This document shows, one piece after another, positions 9,663 to 19,620 of a stretch of 32,000 bases of DNA. Each line of letters starts with the position of its first letter. Position 1 is the first letter of the stretch. Under the pieces are notes generated by a model. It made no database searches. It was not told the DNA's origin and was given only the letters and a program-made list of their open reading frames with translations. The position numbers and the translations under genes are program-made. This stretch comes from Candidatus Moranella endobia PCIT (GTDB lineage: Bacteria > Pseudomonadota > Gammaproteobacteria > Enterobacterales > Enterobacteriaceae): positions 506,295 to 538,294 of the forward strand of contig NC_015735.1 in NCBI RefSeq assembly GCF_000219175.1, written 5' to 3'.

Positions 9663-9680
9663 ACGTAATGATAATTCCAG

Positions 9681-9905
9681 CTAGATATTATCGACAGGCA
9701 AACAGCAGCAGGGAATAATTTCCCCTTGGTTGATAAACGCCAGTGACTACTGGTAGTAATTAACTGTTCCCAATCGCAATTAGCCGGAACGGCACTGAAC
9801 TTCTACTGGAACCTTGTAAGCCTCTAGCACGTTAAATAGTGTGAGCGATGTATTACCTGTAGGAAAGCGCTACCCGGTTTTGGCGCCAGTGTATAAGGAT
9901 CTGCT
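9681..9905 (-). pseudogene. yfaE: Degraded yfaE (2Fe-2S ferredoxin that maintains the NrdB cofactor)
   Basis: The minus-strand translation contains SLTLFNVLEAYKVPVEVQCRSG*LRLGTVNYYQ*SLAFINQGEIIPCCCLPVDNI*. The E. coli YfaE counterpart is SLLAALESHNVAVEYQCREGYCGSCRTRLVAGQVDWIAEPLAFIQPGEILPCCCRAKGDIEIEM. There are two in-frame stops, the CGSC cluster ligands are lost, and the N-terminal part (..YTLAPKPGSAFLQVIH..) is in another frame with no ATG. It lies directly downstream of nrdB, as in E. coli. Confidence 0.65.
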
Positions 9906-9913
9906 GGGTCAGG

Positions 9914-11044
9914 TTACAACTTGAAGTTGCTAAAGTCGTCATTATTAATGGTAGCATCAATCTGACCTACCAGATAGGAGCTTACCTCAACCTCCTGCGG
10001 CGCCATCTGAACGTTATCCGACACAAGCCAGGAGTTGATCCAAGGAATCGGATTGGAGCGAGTGGTAAAGGGCCGATCAAGCCCAACCGCCTGCATGCGT
10101 ATATTGGTGATATATTCCACATACTGACAAAGAATATCTTTGTTTAAGCCGATCATAGACCCATCGCGGAACAAATAGCTCGCCCAGTCTTTCTCCTGTT
10201 GCGCTGCCATCAGGAACAAATCATAGCTTTCCTGCTGACATTCAAGTGCAATCTTAGCCATTGTCGGATCATCATCACCGGAACGCATTAGGTTCAGCAT
10301 ATACTGGGTGCCTGTTAAGTGCAGCACTTCGTCGCGGGCGATTAGGCGAATAATTTTCGCGTTACCCTCCATAATTTCACGCTCGGCGAAGGCGAAAGAG
10401 CAGGCGAAGCTGATATAGAAACGGATTGCTTCCAATGCGTTAACGCTCATCAGGCAAAGATAGAGCTTTTTCTGCAGCTCATGCAAATTAACCATCACCA
10501 TGTTACCATTTACATAGTGAGTACCTTCACCCAAAAGCTGATAATAGCTTGCTAGCTTGATCAGACCATCGTAATAGCCACAAATATTCTGTGCTCTTTT
10601 TAGAATCTCTTTGTTTGTGATAATGGTGTCGAATACCAGCGATGGAGCGTTGACGATATTGCGTATAATATGGGTATAGGAGCGAGCATGTATCGTTTCA
10701 AAAAATGACCAGGTTTCCACCCAAGTTTCCAATTCTGGTATCGAAATTAGCGGCAGTAGAGCGATATTGGGACTGCGTCCTTGTATGGAATCTAGTAGCG
10801 TCTGGTATTTGAGATTACTAATAAAAATATGTTTTTCGTGCTCCGGCAGCACTTGATAGTCGATACGATCACGTGACACATCTACTTCTTCTGGGCGCCA
10901 AAAGAAAGACAATTGTTTTTCAATAAGTTTTTCAAAAAAATTGTATTTCTGCTGATCGAAGCGAGCAATGTTAACCGGCTGGCCGAAAAACATTGGTTCC
11001 AACAGTTGATTATTTTTCACTTGTGAAAAAGTGGTATAGGCCAT
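9914..11044 (-). CDS. nrdB: Class Ia ribonucleotide reductase beta subunit
   Basis: The 376-aa ORF starts [22 protein letters not shown] and is collinear with E. coli NrdB, including ETIH.RSYTHII and the C-terminal SSYLVGQID tail. Confidence 0.97.
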   Translation of the reverse strand: MAYTTFSQVKNNQLLEPMFFGQPVNIARFDQQKYNFFEKLIEKQLSFFWRPEEVDVSRDRIDYQVLPEHEKHIFISNLKYQTLLDSIQGRSPNIALLPLISIPELETWVETWSFFETIHARSYTHIIRNIVNAPSLVFDTIITNKEILKRAQNICGYYDGLIKLASYYQLLGEGTHYVNGNMVMVNLHELQKKLYLCLMSVNALEAIRFYISFACSFAFAEREIMEGNAKIIRLIARDEVLHLTGTQYMLNLMRSGDDDPTMAKIALECQQESYDLFLMAAQQEKDWASYLFRDGSMIGLNKDILCQYVEYITNIRMQAVGLDRPFTTRSNPIPWINSWLVSDNVQMAPQEVEVSSYLVGQIDATINNDDFSNFKL

Positions 11045-11093
11045 GTTAACTCCAGTTACCTGTTGATGGAATCGTTAACGCCCACGTTTACGT

Positions 11094-13376
11094 TCAAAGT
11101 TTGCAGGCGCCGTTTTCGCAATTTTCCTGTTGCGTCGACTGCATATCTTCCTGAGCGTCTTCTGCTCCGTCGCGAGTATTATGGTAATACAGAGTTTTCA
11201 CTCCAAATTTATACGCAGTTAGCAAATCTTGCAATAATTGCTTCATTGGTACTTTACCGGCAGGGAAACGGGACGGATCGTAATTAGTATTGGCAGAAAT
11301 GGCCTGATCGACGAATTTCTGCATCACACCCACCAAGTGCAGGTAACCTTCGTTGCTAGACATTTCCCAAAGCAACTCATATGCTTCCTGCAAACGTATT
11401 GACTCAGGTACTACTTGGCGCAGAATGCCGTCTTTTGATGCTTTAATACTAACCAGTCCGCGCGGTGGCTCGATGCCATTTGTGGCGTTAGAAATCTGCG
11501 ATGATGTTTCAGACGGCATCAGCGCAGACAGGGTTGAGTTGCGTAAGCCGTGCTGCTTAATATTCTCGCGCAGTGCTTCCCAGTCATAATACAGTGGTTC
11601 GCTAACGATACTGTCGAGATCCTTTTTGTATGTATCGACGGGCAAAATACCTTGCGCATAGGTGGTCTCGTTGAACAATGGGCAAGCACCGCGCTCACGA
11701 GCAAGATCGTTGGAAGCCTTCAACAGATAGTACTGCATGGCTTCAAACGTGCGGTGAGTCAGATTATTAGCGCTACCGTCAGAGTAGCGTACGCCATTCT
11801 TGGCTAAATAATAGGCGAAGTTAATTACGCCCACGCCTAGAGTACGTCGTCCAAGAGCGCTACGCTTGGCGGCTGGTACCAAGTATTTCTGGTAGTCTAG
11901 CAGCGCATCTAGAGCACGCACTGCAAGCGTCGCTAGATCATGTAGATCATTAAGACTATCGATTGCACCTAGGTTGAAGGCAGATAGGGTACACAGGGCA
12001 ATTTCTCCGCTGTCATCGTTAACGTCTGCTAGCGGTTTGGTTGGCAAGGCGATTTCCAGACAAAGGTTTGATTGGCGTATTGGCGCCACCACTGCGTCGA
12101 ACGGACTGTGGGTATTACAATGATCCACGTTCTGTACATAAATGCGACCGGTGGAAGCACGCTCTTGCATTATCAGTGAAAAAAGTTCTACCGCCTTTAC
12201 ACGGCGGTGCCTGATGCTAATGTCCTGTTCATACAATGTATACAATCGCTCAAATTCATCCTGATCAGCGAAGAATGCTTCATACAGTCCTGGTACGTCT
12301 GATGGGCTAAATAATGTGATGTCCTCACCATTTACTAGGCGCTGGTACATAAGTTTGTGCAGTTGCACGCAATAATCCATATGGCGTACCCGGTTAGCTT
12401 CAATACCGCGGTTATTTTTTAGCACTAACAGGCTTTCAATTTCTAGATGCCATATGGGGTAGAACGAAGTGGCAGCTCCTCCGCGCACGCCGCCCTGAGA
12501 GCAGGATTTAACAGCGGTCTGAAAATGTTGATAGAAAGGAATACAGCCGGTATGGAAGGCCTCTCCGCCGCGTATTGGGCTACCAAGCGCGCGGATACGG
12601 CCGGTATTAATGCCAATCCCGGCGCGCTGCGAAACGTATTTGACAATCGCGCTTGCGGTCGCGTTAATAGAGTCAAGGCTATCGCCGCATTCGATTAGCA
12701 CGCAAGAACTGAACTGACGGGTTGGAGTACGTACGCCTGACATAATCGGAGTTGGCAGTGAGATTTTAAAGGTCGAAATGGCGTCATAGAACCTTTTGAC
12801 GTAGTCCAAGCGTGTCGTGCGCGGATAGCTGGAAAATAGGCAGGCTGCCACTAGCACATAAAGAAACTGGGCGCTCTCATAAATTTCGCCGGTAACCCGA
12901 TTTTGCGCCAGATATTTTCCTTCTAGCTGTTTAACTGCAGCATAGGAGAAGGTCATATCGCGCCAGTGATCGATAAATCCTTCCATCTGATCGAATTCGC
13001 AGGTGCTGTAGTCCATTAGCAAATGTTTATCGTATTTATTCATCGCGACCAGTCGCGATACATGATCATATAGTTTCGGCGGCTCAAACCGGCCGTAGGC
13101 TTTTTTTCGCAAATGGAATACAGCCAGCCTTGCTGCTAGATACTGGTAGTCTGGCGCCTGTTGCGAAATCATATCAGCAGCGGCTTTGATGATGGTGTCA
13201 TGGATATCGGCGGTTTTTATACCGTCGTATAACTGGATATGGGAACGCAACATCACCTGGGAAACAGAGATGTTTTCCAGGCCTTCGGCCGCCAAGTCTA
13301 TGACCCGGTGAATTTTATTTAGGTTAATGGTTTCCTGACTTCCGTCGCGCTTTGTGACTAGCATACTCTGGTTCAT
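11094..13376 (-). CDS. nrdA: Class Ia ribonucleotide reductase alpha subunit
   Basis: The 760-aa ORF starts MNQSMLVTKRDGS.E.INL.KIHRV and is collinear with E. coli NrdA (761 aa). The active-site segment SNLCLEI and the C-terminal CENGACKL redox pair are present. Confidence 0.97.
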   Translation of the reverse strand: MNQSMLVTKRDGSQETINLNKIHRVIDLAAEGLENISVSQVMLRSHIQLYDGIKTADIHDTIIKAAADMISQQAPDYQYLAARLAVFHLRKKAYGRFEPPKLYDHVSRLVAMNKYDKHLLMDYSTCEFDQMEGFIDHWRDMTFSYAAVKQLEGKYLAQNRVTGEIYESAQFLYVLVAACLFSSYPRTTRLDYVKRFYDAISTFKISLPTPIMSGVRTPTRQFSSCVLIECGDSLDSINATASAIVKYVSQRAGIGINTGRIRALGSPIRGGEAFHTGCIPFYQHFQTAVKSCSQGGVRGGAATSFYPIWHLEIESLLVLKNNRGIEANRVRHMDYCVQLHKLMYQRLVNGEDITLFSPSDVPGLYEAFFADQDEFERLYTLYEQDISIRHRRVKAVELFSLIMQERASTGRIYVQNVDHCNTHSPFDAVVAPIRQSNLCLEIALPTKPLADVNDDSGEIALCTLSAFNLGAIDSLNDLHDLATLAVRALDALLDYQKYLVPAAKRSALGRRTLGVGVINFAYYLAKNGVRYSDGSANNLTHRTFEAMQYYLLKASNDLARERGACPLFNETTYAQGILPVDTYKKDLDSIVSEPLYYDWEALRENIKQHGLRNSTLSALMPSETSSQISNATNGIEPPRGLVSIKASKDGILRQVVPESIRLQEAYELLWEMSSNEGYLHLVGVMQKFVDQAISANTNYDPSRFPAGKVPMKQLLQDLLTAYKFGVKTLYYHNTRDGAEDAQEDMQSTQQENCENGACKL

Positions 13377-13450
13377 GCAGCTTTATACCTGTCTCGGTGA
13401 TCCGCAAACGCCCTGCTGGCATGCAGGCAATAGCGACTGGCAAGAGGCAA

Positions 13451-13499
13451 ATCACTATAAAACATATTCGTTAACTTGGTTAATATGTTTTATAGTGAT
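13451..13499. promoter_or_regulatory. Perfect 18-bp inverted repeat (ATCACTATAAAACATATT n13 AATATGTTTTATAGTGAT); candidate pair of NrdR boxes upstream of nrdA
   Basis: The arms are at 13451-13468 and 13482-13499, with centres 31 bp apart. Each arm carries the CACTATA half of the NrdR-box palindrome (roughly ACACTATATATAGTGT), and tandem NrdR boxes are typically about 3 helical turns apart. It lies 75-123 nt upstream of the nrdA ATG and overlaps the predicted -10. Confidence 0.45.
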
Positions 13500-13517
13500 A
13501 AAGCCAATGCAATGCAA
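13489..13517 (-). promoter_or_regulatory. Candidate nrdAB promoter (-35 TTGCAT, 17-nt spacer, -10 TATAAA)
   Basis: The minus strand reads TTGCAT TGCATTGGCTTTATCAC TATAAA. It predicts a 5' UTR of about 105 nt, similar to the long E. coli nrdA leader. Confidence 0.35.
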
Positions 13518-13864
13518 GTGAGTAACGGGCCAAGTTTGGTAGTTTTGTATAAACGTTTAGCAATCAATCTACTCAGCCACTCGCTAGTTAATCCACCAAA
13601 CCCATATAGCCAAACCTGATAGTTTCTTTAGCGTGATAGTGTGCAGTGTAAAACCATACCTTTTAGTCCAATTTAACTACGCAAATGTTGACGATAGCCA
13701 TTAATTAAACGAGATCGTGCGAGGAAGAATACAATCAAGCACCATAATAATCCGATTGAATTGATGTAGTGTAGTGCTGTTGTCCTTGAATGTTCCTCAC
13801 AAGTGATGGAGTATCGTGTGTTAGCTGAGTGTGAGAACCGGCAGCATGAGCTGATTAGCACATG

Positions 13865-13902
13865 ATTACTGTATTACTACTACATTACTGTATTACTACT
13901 AT
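13865..13902. repeat. 2 x 19-bp tandem duplication (attactgtattactactac / ...tat)
   Basis: Units at 13865-13883 and 13884-13902 are identical except for the last base. Confidence 0.85.
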
Positions 13903-13928
13903 GTGCCTTGAAACAGTAAATTTTTATA

Positions 13929-13952
13929 GGTGAGAAAGTAGGTGAGAAAGAT
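13929..13952. repeat. 2 x 12-bp tandem duplication (aggtgagaaagt / aggtgagaaaga) abutting the gyrA -10
   Basis: Units at 13929-13940 and 13941-13952 match at 11 of 12 positions. Confidence 0.85.
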
Positions 13953-13960
13953 GGTATACT
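13952..13960 (+). promoter_or_regulatory. Extended -10 promoter element TGgTATACT for gyrA
   Basis: TG at 13952-13953, one base, then TATACT at 13955-13960, about 58 nt upstream of the gyrA ATG. There is no good -35 at 17 bp, which is acceptable for extended -10 promoters. Confidence 0.4.
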
Positions 13961-14018
13961 GTAACAGCTTTAAATCCGGGTGGGTATAAGCTGCATTAAG
14001 CAGAAGGATAGCGGTTCT

Positions 14019-16673
14019 ATGAGCAACCTTGCTAAAGAAATTACACCAGTAAATATCGAAGAAGAGCTTAAACGTTCTTATCTTGATTACGCCATGTCAG
14101 TAATTGTTGGACGGGCGTTGCCGAATGTACGGGACGGACTTAAACCCGTACACCGTCGCGTGTTGTTTGCAATGAATGTTCTCGGTAATGACTGGAATAA
14201 ATCCTATAAAAAATCTGCCCGTGTAGTGGGCGACGTAATCGGCAAATATCACCCTCACGGGGATATGGCTGTCTACGATACTATTGTGCGGATGGCACAG
14301 CCATTCTCACTTCGTTACCCGTTAGTGGATGGTCAGGGTAATTTCGGTTCCGTTGATGGTGACTCAGCTGCTGCAATGCGTTATACCGAAGTCCGCATGT
14401 CAAAAATTGCACACGAATTGCTGGTAGATCTGGACAAAGATACCGTCGATTATGTGCCGAACTATGATGGTACCGAGCAAATACCCGATGTCCTGCCGAC
14501 TAGGATACCAAATCTGCTGGTGAACGGTTCTACCGGCATCGCGGTAGGAATGGCAACTAGCATTCCGCCACATAATCTTTCGGAGGTCATAGATGGCTGT
14601 CTGGCCTATATTGCTGATGAGAACATCAGCGTCGAAGGTCTTATGTCACATATTACGGGGCCAGACTTCCCAACAGCAGCTAGCATCAATGGCCGGCGCG
14701 GCATAGAAGATGCTTACCGCACCGGTAGAGGCAAAATATACATCCGCGCGCGCGCTGAAGTAGCCACAGAAACCAAGACCGGACGCGAAATTATCATTGT
14801 GTATGAAATCCCTTATCAGGTTAATAAAGCTAACTTGATTGAAAAAATATCAGAGCTAATAAAAGAAAAACGCGTTGAGGGCATCAGTGGTCTGCGTGAT
14901 GAATCCGACCAAGACGGTATGCGCATCGTCATTGAAATTAAACGCGACACAGTAGGTGAAGTGGTACTTAACAAGTTGTACTCTATGACACCGCTACAAG
15001 TTTCTTTTGGTATCAATATGGTGGCGCTGCATCATGGTAAGCCGAAGATACTTTCGCTGAAGGACATTTTATCAGCATTTGTACGTCACCGCCGCGAAGT
15101 TGTAACCCGCCGGACCATTTTTGAGTTACGCAAAGCCCGAGAGCGCGCACATATACTAGAAGCTATAGCAGTGGCGCTGGTTAATCTTGACTCAATGATC
15201 GATCTGATTCGCCAAGCGACGACGCCAGCAGCCGCTAAGACCAACCTGGTAGCGCGTTCATGGGAGTTATTCACTGTTGCCGATATGCTGAAGTCCACCG
15301 TCGATACCGCTCGTCCCGAATGGCTGGAGCCAAAGTACGGAATTTACAATGGGCAATATTACCTGACCGAGCAGCAGGCCCAAGCAATTTTGGATCTGCG
15401 CCTGCAAAAACTAACGGGTCTGGAATACGCAAAACTGCTTGATGAATACAATTTGCTGTTGACAAAAATAGCTGAACTAATCCTTATTCTGCAACATTCA
15501 GACCGCTTAATGGAGGTGATTAGTAAAGAACTGATCGCTCTCAAAGAGCAGTATAACGATACGAGACGCACAAAAATCATTGCCAATAACTCGGATATCA
15601 AGATCGAAGATCTGATCAGCCAAGAAGATATGGTGGTTACCTTGTCCCATCATGGCTATGTTAAATCTCAGCCTATTACGGAATATAAAGCACAGCGACG
15701 CGGCGGCAAAGGCAAGTCAGCTGCTAGTATCAAGAAAGGTGACTTCATTGACCGTTTGCTGATAGCAAACACTCACGAAACGATATTGTTATTCTCTAAC
15801 CGTGGAAGAATGTACTGGCTGAAAGTATACCAGCTGCCGGAAGCGAGACGCAGTGCGCGCGGTCGGCCAATAGTTAATCTGTTGCCGCTGGAGTCAAATG
15901 AACGTATCACCGCTATTTTACCAGTGCGTGAATATCAATACGGATACCATATTTTCATGGCGACCGCCAACGGCACCGTAAAAAAAACGTCTGTCATTAA
16001 TTTTCGTCGCCAGCGGAGCACTGGGATTACCGCCATCAATCTTAACCATGGTGATGAGCTGATAGGAGTTGACTTGACCAATGGCAATGACGACGTCATG
16101 CTGTTTTCCACCCATGGTAAGGTGGTGCGTTTCCCGGAAACACAGGTACGCAGTATGGGACGGACCGCGACAGGTGTCTTGGGTATTAATCTTGCTGAAG
16201 ACGACCGGGTGGTGTCACTGATTGTGCCACGCAGCAGCAAGGGTACTATCTTGACGGTAACACAGCACGGCTATGGTAAGCGCACCGTCCCGGCGGAGTA
16301 TCCTACCAAGTCACGCGCTACCCAGGGAGTTATATCCATCAAGGTGAGCAAACGCAACGGTGAAGTAGTGGGAGCGGTGCAGGTAGAGGACTATGACCAG
16401 ATCATGATGATCACCAACACCGGTAATTTAGTGCGAATGCGGGTTTCCGAAGTAAAAATTGTCGGTCGTAACACCAATGGAGTGACGCTGATACGCACTG
16501 CTCAGAATGAAAACGTGGTTGGACTGCAGCGCATCGCCGATATCCTGGAAGATACGGCGCTAGATTCGGTTGTAAGCAGCCAGAATGCGTTGCTGGATTA
16601 CGAACTTACGGAAGCAGCTTATAATTCTACCATGGCTGAAGGCTTATGCGGTGACTATGATGTCGAAGGTTGA
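14019..16673 (+). CDS. gyrA: DNA gyrase subunit A
   Basis: ORF-track frame from 13980, trimmed to the ATG at 14019, with AAGGA upstream. This gives [18 protein letters not shown] against E. coli [18 protein letters not shown]. The active-site AAMRYTE (Tyr122) is present. It is collinear for about 840 aa and then has a divergent C-terminal tail. Confidence 0.97.
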   Translation: MSNLAKEITPVNIEEELKRSYLDYAMSVIVGRALPNVRDGLKPVHRRVLFAMNVLGNDWNKSYKKSARVVGDVIGKYHPHGDMAVYDTIVRMAQPFSLRYPLVDGQGNFGSVDGDSAAAMRYTEVRMSKIAHELLVDLDKDTVDYVPNYDGTEQIPDVLPTRIPNLLVNGSTGIAVGMATSIPPHNLSEVIDGCLAYIADENISVEGLMSHITGPDFPTAASINGRRGIEDAYRTGRGKIYIRARAEVATETKTGREIIIVYEIPYQVNKANLIEKISELIKEKRVEGISGLRDESDQDGMRIVIEIKRDTVGEVVLNKLYSMTPLQVSFGINMVALHHGKPKILSLKDILSAFVRHRREVVTRRTIFELRKARERAHILEAIAVALVNLDSMIDLIRQATTPAAAKTNLVARSWELFTVADMLKSTVDTARPEWLEPKYGIYNGQYYLTEQQAQAILDLRLQKLTGLEYAKLLDEYNLLLTKIAELILILQHSDRLMEVISKELIALKEQYNDTRRTKIIANNSDIKIEDLISQEDMVVTLSHHGYVKSQPITEYKAQRRGGKGKSAASIKKGDFIDRLLIANTHETILLFSNRGRMYWLKVYQLPEARRSARGRPIVNLLPLESNERITAILPVREYQYGYHIFMATANGTVKKTSVINFRRQRSTGITAINLNHGDELIGVDLTNGNDDVMLFSTHGKVVRFPETQVRSMGRTATGVLGINLAEDDRVVSLIVPRSSKGTILTVTQHGYGKRTVPAEYPTKSRATQGVISIKVSKRNGEVVGAVQVEDYDQIMMITNTGNLVRMRVSEVKIVGRNTNGVTLIRTAQNENVVGLQRIADILEDTALDSVVSSQNALLDYELTEAAYNSTMAEGLCGDYDVEG

Positions 16674-16815
16674 TGTCGCAGGTTTATGCTGATAGCACAG
16701 CGGCTGGCAACGAGCCGGCTAGTAATAAAAACCAGATTAATTAAGTCGATGATTGTTAATCCTTAAATAAAGTCAAACGTTAAACAACCTCAGAATACTA
16801 TTATGCTGACCGTTA

Positions 16816-16830
16816 GCGAAAAATTTTCGC
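16816..16830. promoter_or_regulatory. 15-nt palindrome GCGAAAA A TTTTCGC, 25 nt upstream of trxB
   Basis: Read directly from the sequence. Its function is unknown (operator or small leader hairpin). Confidence 0.2.
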
Positions 16831-16845
16831 CACGCGGCCGTGTGA

Positions 16846-17808
<963 letters not shown>

Positions 17809-17851
17809 AACTGCTTTCTATGACGTTGTAACGCAGTGGTGCGTGAGGTAA

Positions 17852-19618
17852 ATGAATCAGAATAGACACCAAATCATAGTATGCTGGCTAAGATCGCAAA
17901 GCAAGCTGGTAAAATGGTGGCTACATCTTTCTGTGCTGCTCGGCATGTTAAGCTCGTTAACTATTGTTGCCCAAGCCTGGGTACTAGCCGCTTTACTACA
18001 AGCGGTAATCATAGCTAATCCTACCAGCGGAAGAAGCCTGACCGGCAACTTGATCGTTCTAATGTTGTTATTCACATTGCGCGCTGTGATCAATTACAGC
18101 CGTGATCAAGTTGGCTTTATTGCAGGTAGTTTGCTGCGCCGCCAAATCCGTGCACAGGTACTGAACCGCCTTGAGCGTATGGGGCCAATCTTGATCCGTA
18201 GTAAGCCCGCCGGCAGCTGGAGCAGCATGCTTATTGAGCAGATAGAAAATCTGCATGACTTTTACGCCCGTTATGTGCCACAAATGTGGCTTGCAGTTCT
18301 GGTTCCGCTAATAATTCTTGTCGTGGTATTTCCCACTAATTGGGCCGCGGGTCTTATTCTGTTTTTGACTGCACCGTTGATTCCGCTATTTATGGTGTTG
18401 GTCGGCGTTGGCGCCGCGGATGCCAACCGGCGTAATTTTCAGGTGTTGGCTCGCTTATCGGGTCATTTTCTAGACCGGCTCCGTGGGCTGGAAACCTTAC
18501 GGCTGTTTTTTCGCGCCGAGGCTGAAACTGAGGATATTGGCCGTACCACCCAGGCATTCCGGCAGCGCACTATGGAAGTATTACGTTTGGCGTTTCTTTC
18601 ATCTGGGGTATTAGAATTCTTCACTTCGATCTCGATCGCGGTTACCGCGGTTTATTTTGGTTTTTCCTATTTGGGTGCACTGAATTTCGGTAGCTACGGC
18701 ACTGGCGTAACGCTATTCGCTGGCTTTCTGGTACTGATCCTAGCGCCGGAATTTTTTCAGCCGTTGCGTGATCTTGGCACCTTTTATCATGCTAAAGCCC
18801 AGGCGGTGGGCGCCGCTGAATCGTTAGTATCATTTTTGGAGCAAAACGCAGATAGTCAGGGTGCCGGCTATGAAAAGCCGGCTACGGAACCGATAAGTTT
18901 GCTAGCTAATAATTTGTTGGTACTAGCCAATGATGGGAGTAAATTAGCCGGACCGCTGAATTTTACTGTCGCTGCTGGCCAACGAGTCGCCATTGTTGGC
19001 GCCAGCGGTGCTGGCAAAAGCTCACTACTCGGTGTTATGCTAGGATTTTTGCCCTATCGAGGCTCGCTGCAAATCAACGGCAAAGAATTAAGATCGTTAT
19101 CTCTACACAAGTGGCGTGAACGGTTAAGCTGGATCAGTCAAAATCCGTCACTACCGGCATCGACCCTACGCGATAATGTGCTGCTTGGTTACCCGGGAGC
19201 AAATGATTGGCAATTGACACAGGCACTGAATGATGCATACGTCTCGGAATTTATTGACAAACTACCAGATGGTATAAATAGCAAAATTGGAGAAGACGCC
19301 AGTCGCTTATCCGTGGGCCAGGCGCAGCGTGTCGCCTTGGCGCGCGCACTGATCCGTACCCCGGGACTGCTGTTGCTGGATGAACCAACTGCCAACCTTG
19401 ACGTAAAAAGCGAACAACTAGTCATGTGCGCGCTGAAAAGCGCCACAATTCGTCAGACAACGCTGTTGGTAACACATCAGCCGCAGACCATCGCGGATTT
19501 TGACGTTGTATGGGTGATGTCCGGTGGAATAATAGCGCAACAAGGAAGCTATGTCGACCTGGTCGCGAGCGATGGGCCGTTAGCTAATTTGATTCCTTCT
19601 TGTACACAGGAGCTTTAA
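17852..19618 (+). CDS. cydD: Cysteine/glutathione ABC exporter permease/ATPase CydD
   Basis: It is 588 aa, the same length as E. coli CydD. It has Walker A GASGAGKSS, signature LSVGQAQR and Walker B LLLLDEP. GAGG lies 5 nt upstream of the ATG. Confidence 0.95.
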   Translation: MNQNRHQIIVCWLRSQSKLVKWWLHLSVLLGMLSSLTIVAQAWVLAALLQAVIIANPTSGRSLTGNLIVLMLLFTLRAVINYSRDQVGFIAGSLLRRQIRAQVLNRLERMGPILIRSKPAGSWSSMLIEQIENLHDFYARYVPQMWLAVLVPLIILVVVFPTNWAAGLILFLTAPLIPLFMVLVGVGAADANRRNFQVLARLSGHFLDRLRGLETLRLFFRAEAETEDIGRTTQAFRQRTMEVLRLAFLSSGVLEFFTSISIAVTAVYFGFSYLGALNFGSYGTGVTLFAGFLVLILAPEFFQPLRDLGTFYHAKAQAVGAAESLVSFLEQNADSQGAGYEKPATEPISLLANNLLVLANDGSKLAGPLNFTVAAGQRVAIVGASGAGKSSLLGVMLGFLPYRGSLQINGKELRSLSLHKWRERLSWISQNPSLPASTLRDNVLLGYPGANDWQLTQALNDAYVSEFIDKLPDGINSKIGEDASRLSVGQAQRVALARALIRTPGLLLLDEPTANLDVKSEQLVMCALKSATIRQTTLLVTHQPQTIADFDVVWVMSGGIIAQQGSYVDLVASDGPLANLIPSCTQEL

Positions 19619-19620
19619 CC

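Noticed and set aside
13560-13600. A DnaA-box-like TTAATCCAC in the nrdA upstream region.
   Set aside because: It matches the TTATCCACA consensus at only 7 of 9 positions, or needs a 1-nt insertion. A single weak site is not convincing.
13673-13861. A 62-aa minus-strand ORF in the nrdA-gyrA spacer, considered as a ubiG remnant. ubiG is divergent from gyrA in E. coli, and ..TTALHYINSIG.. vaguely recalls ..ITGLHYNPITN...
   Set aside because: The orientation and position fit, but the similarity is only about 4-5 residues, which I cannot distinguish from chance by eye. It would need BLASTX or alignment to a relative's ubiG.
13908-13960. The idea that TTGAAA (13908-13913) was the original gyrA -35, displaced by the 12-bp duplication.
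   Set aside because: The present spacer is 41 nt. Removing one 12-bp unit gives 29 nt, and only removing both units gives 17 nt. That is numerology rather than evidence.
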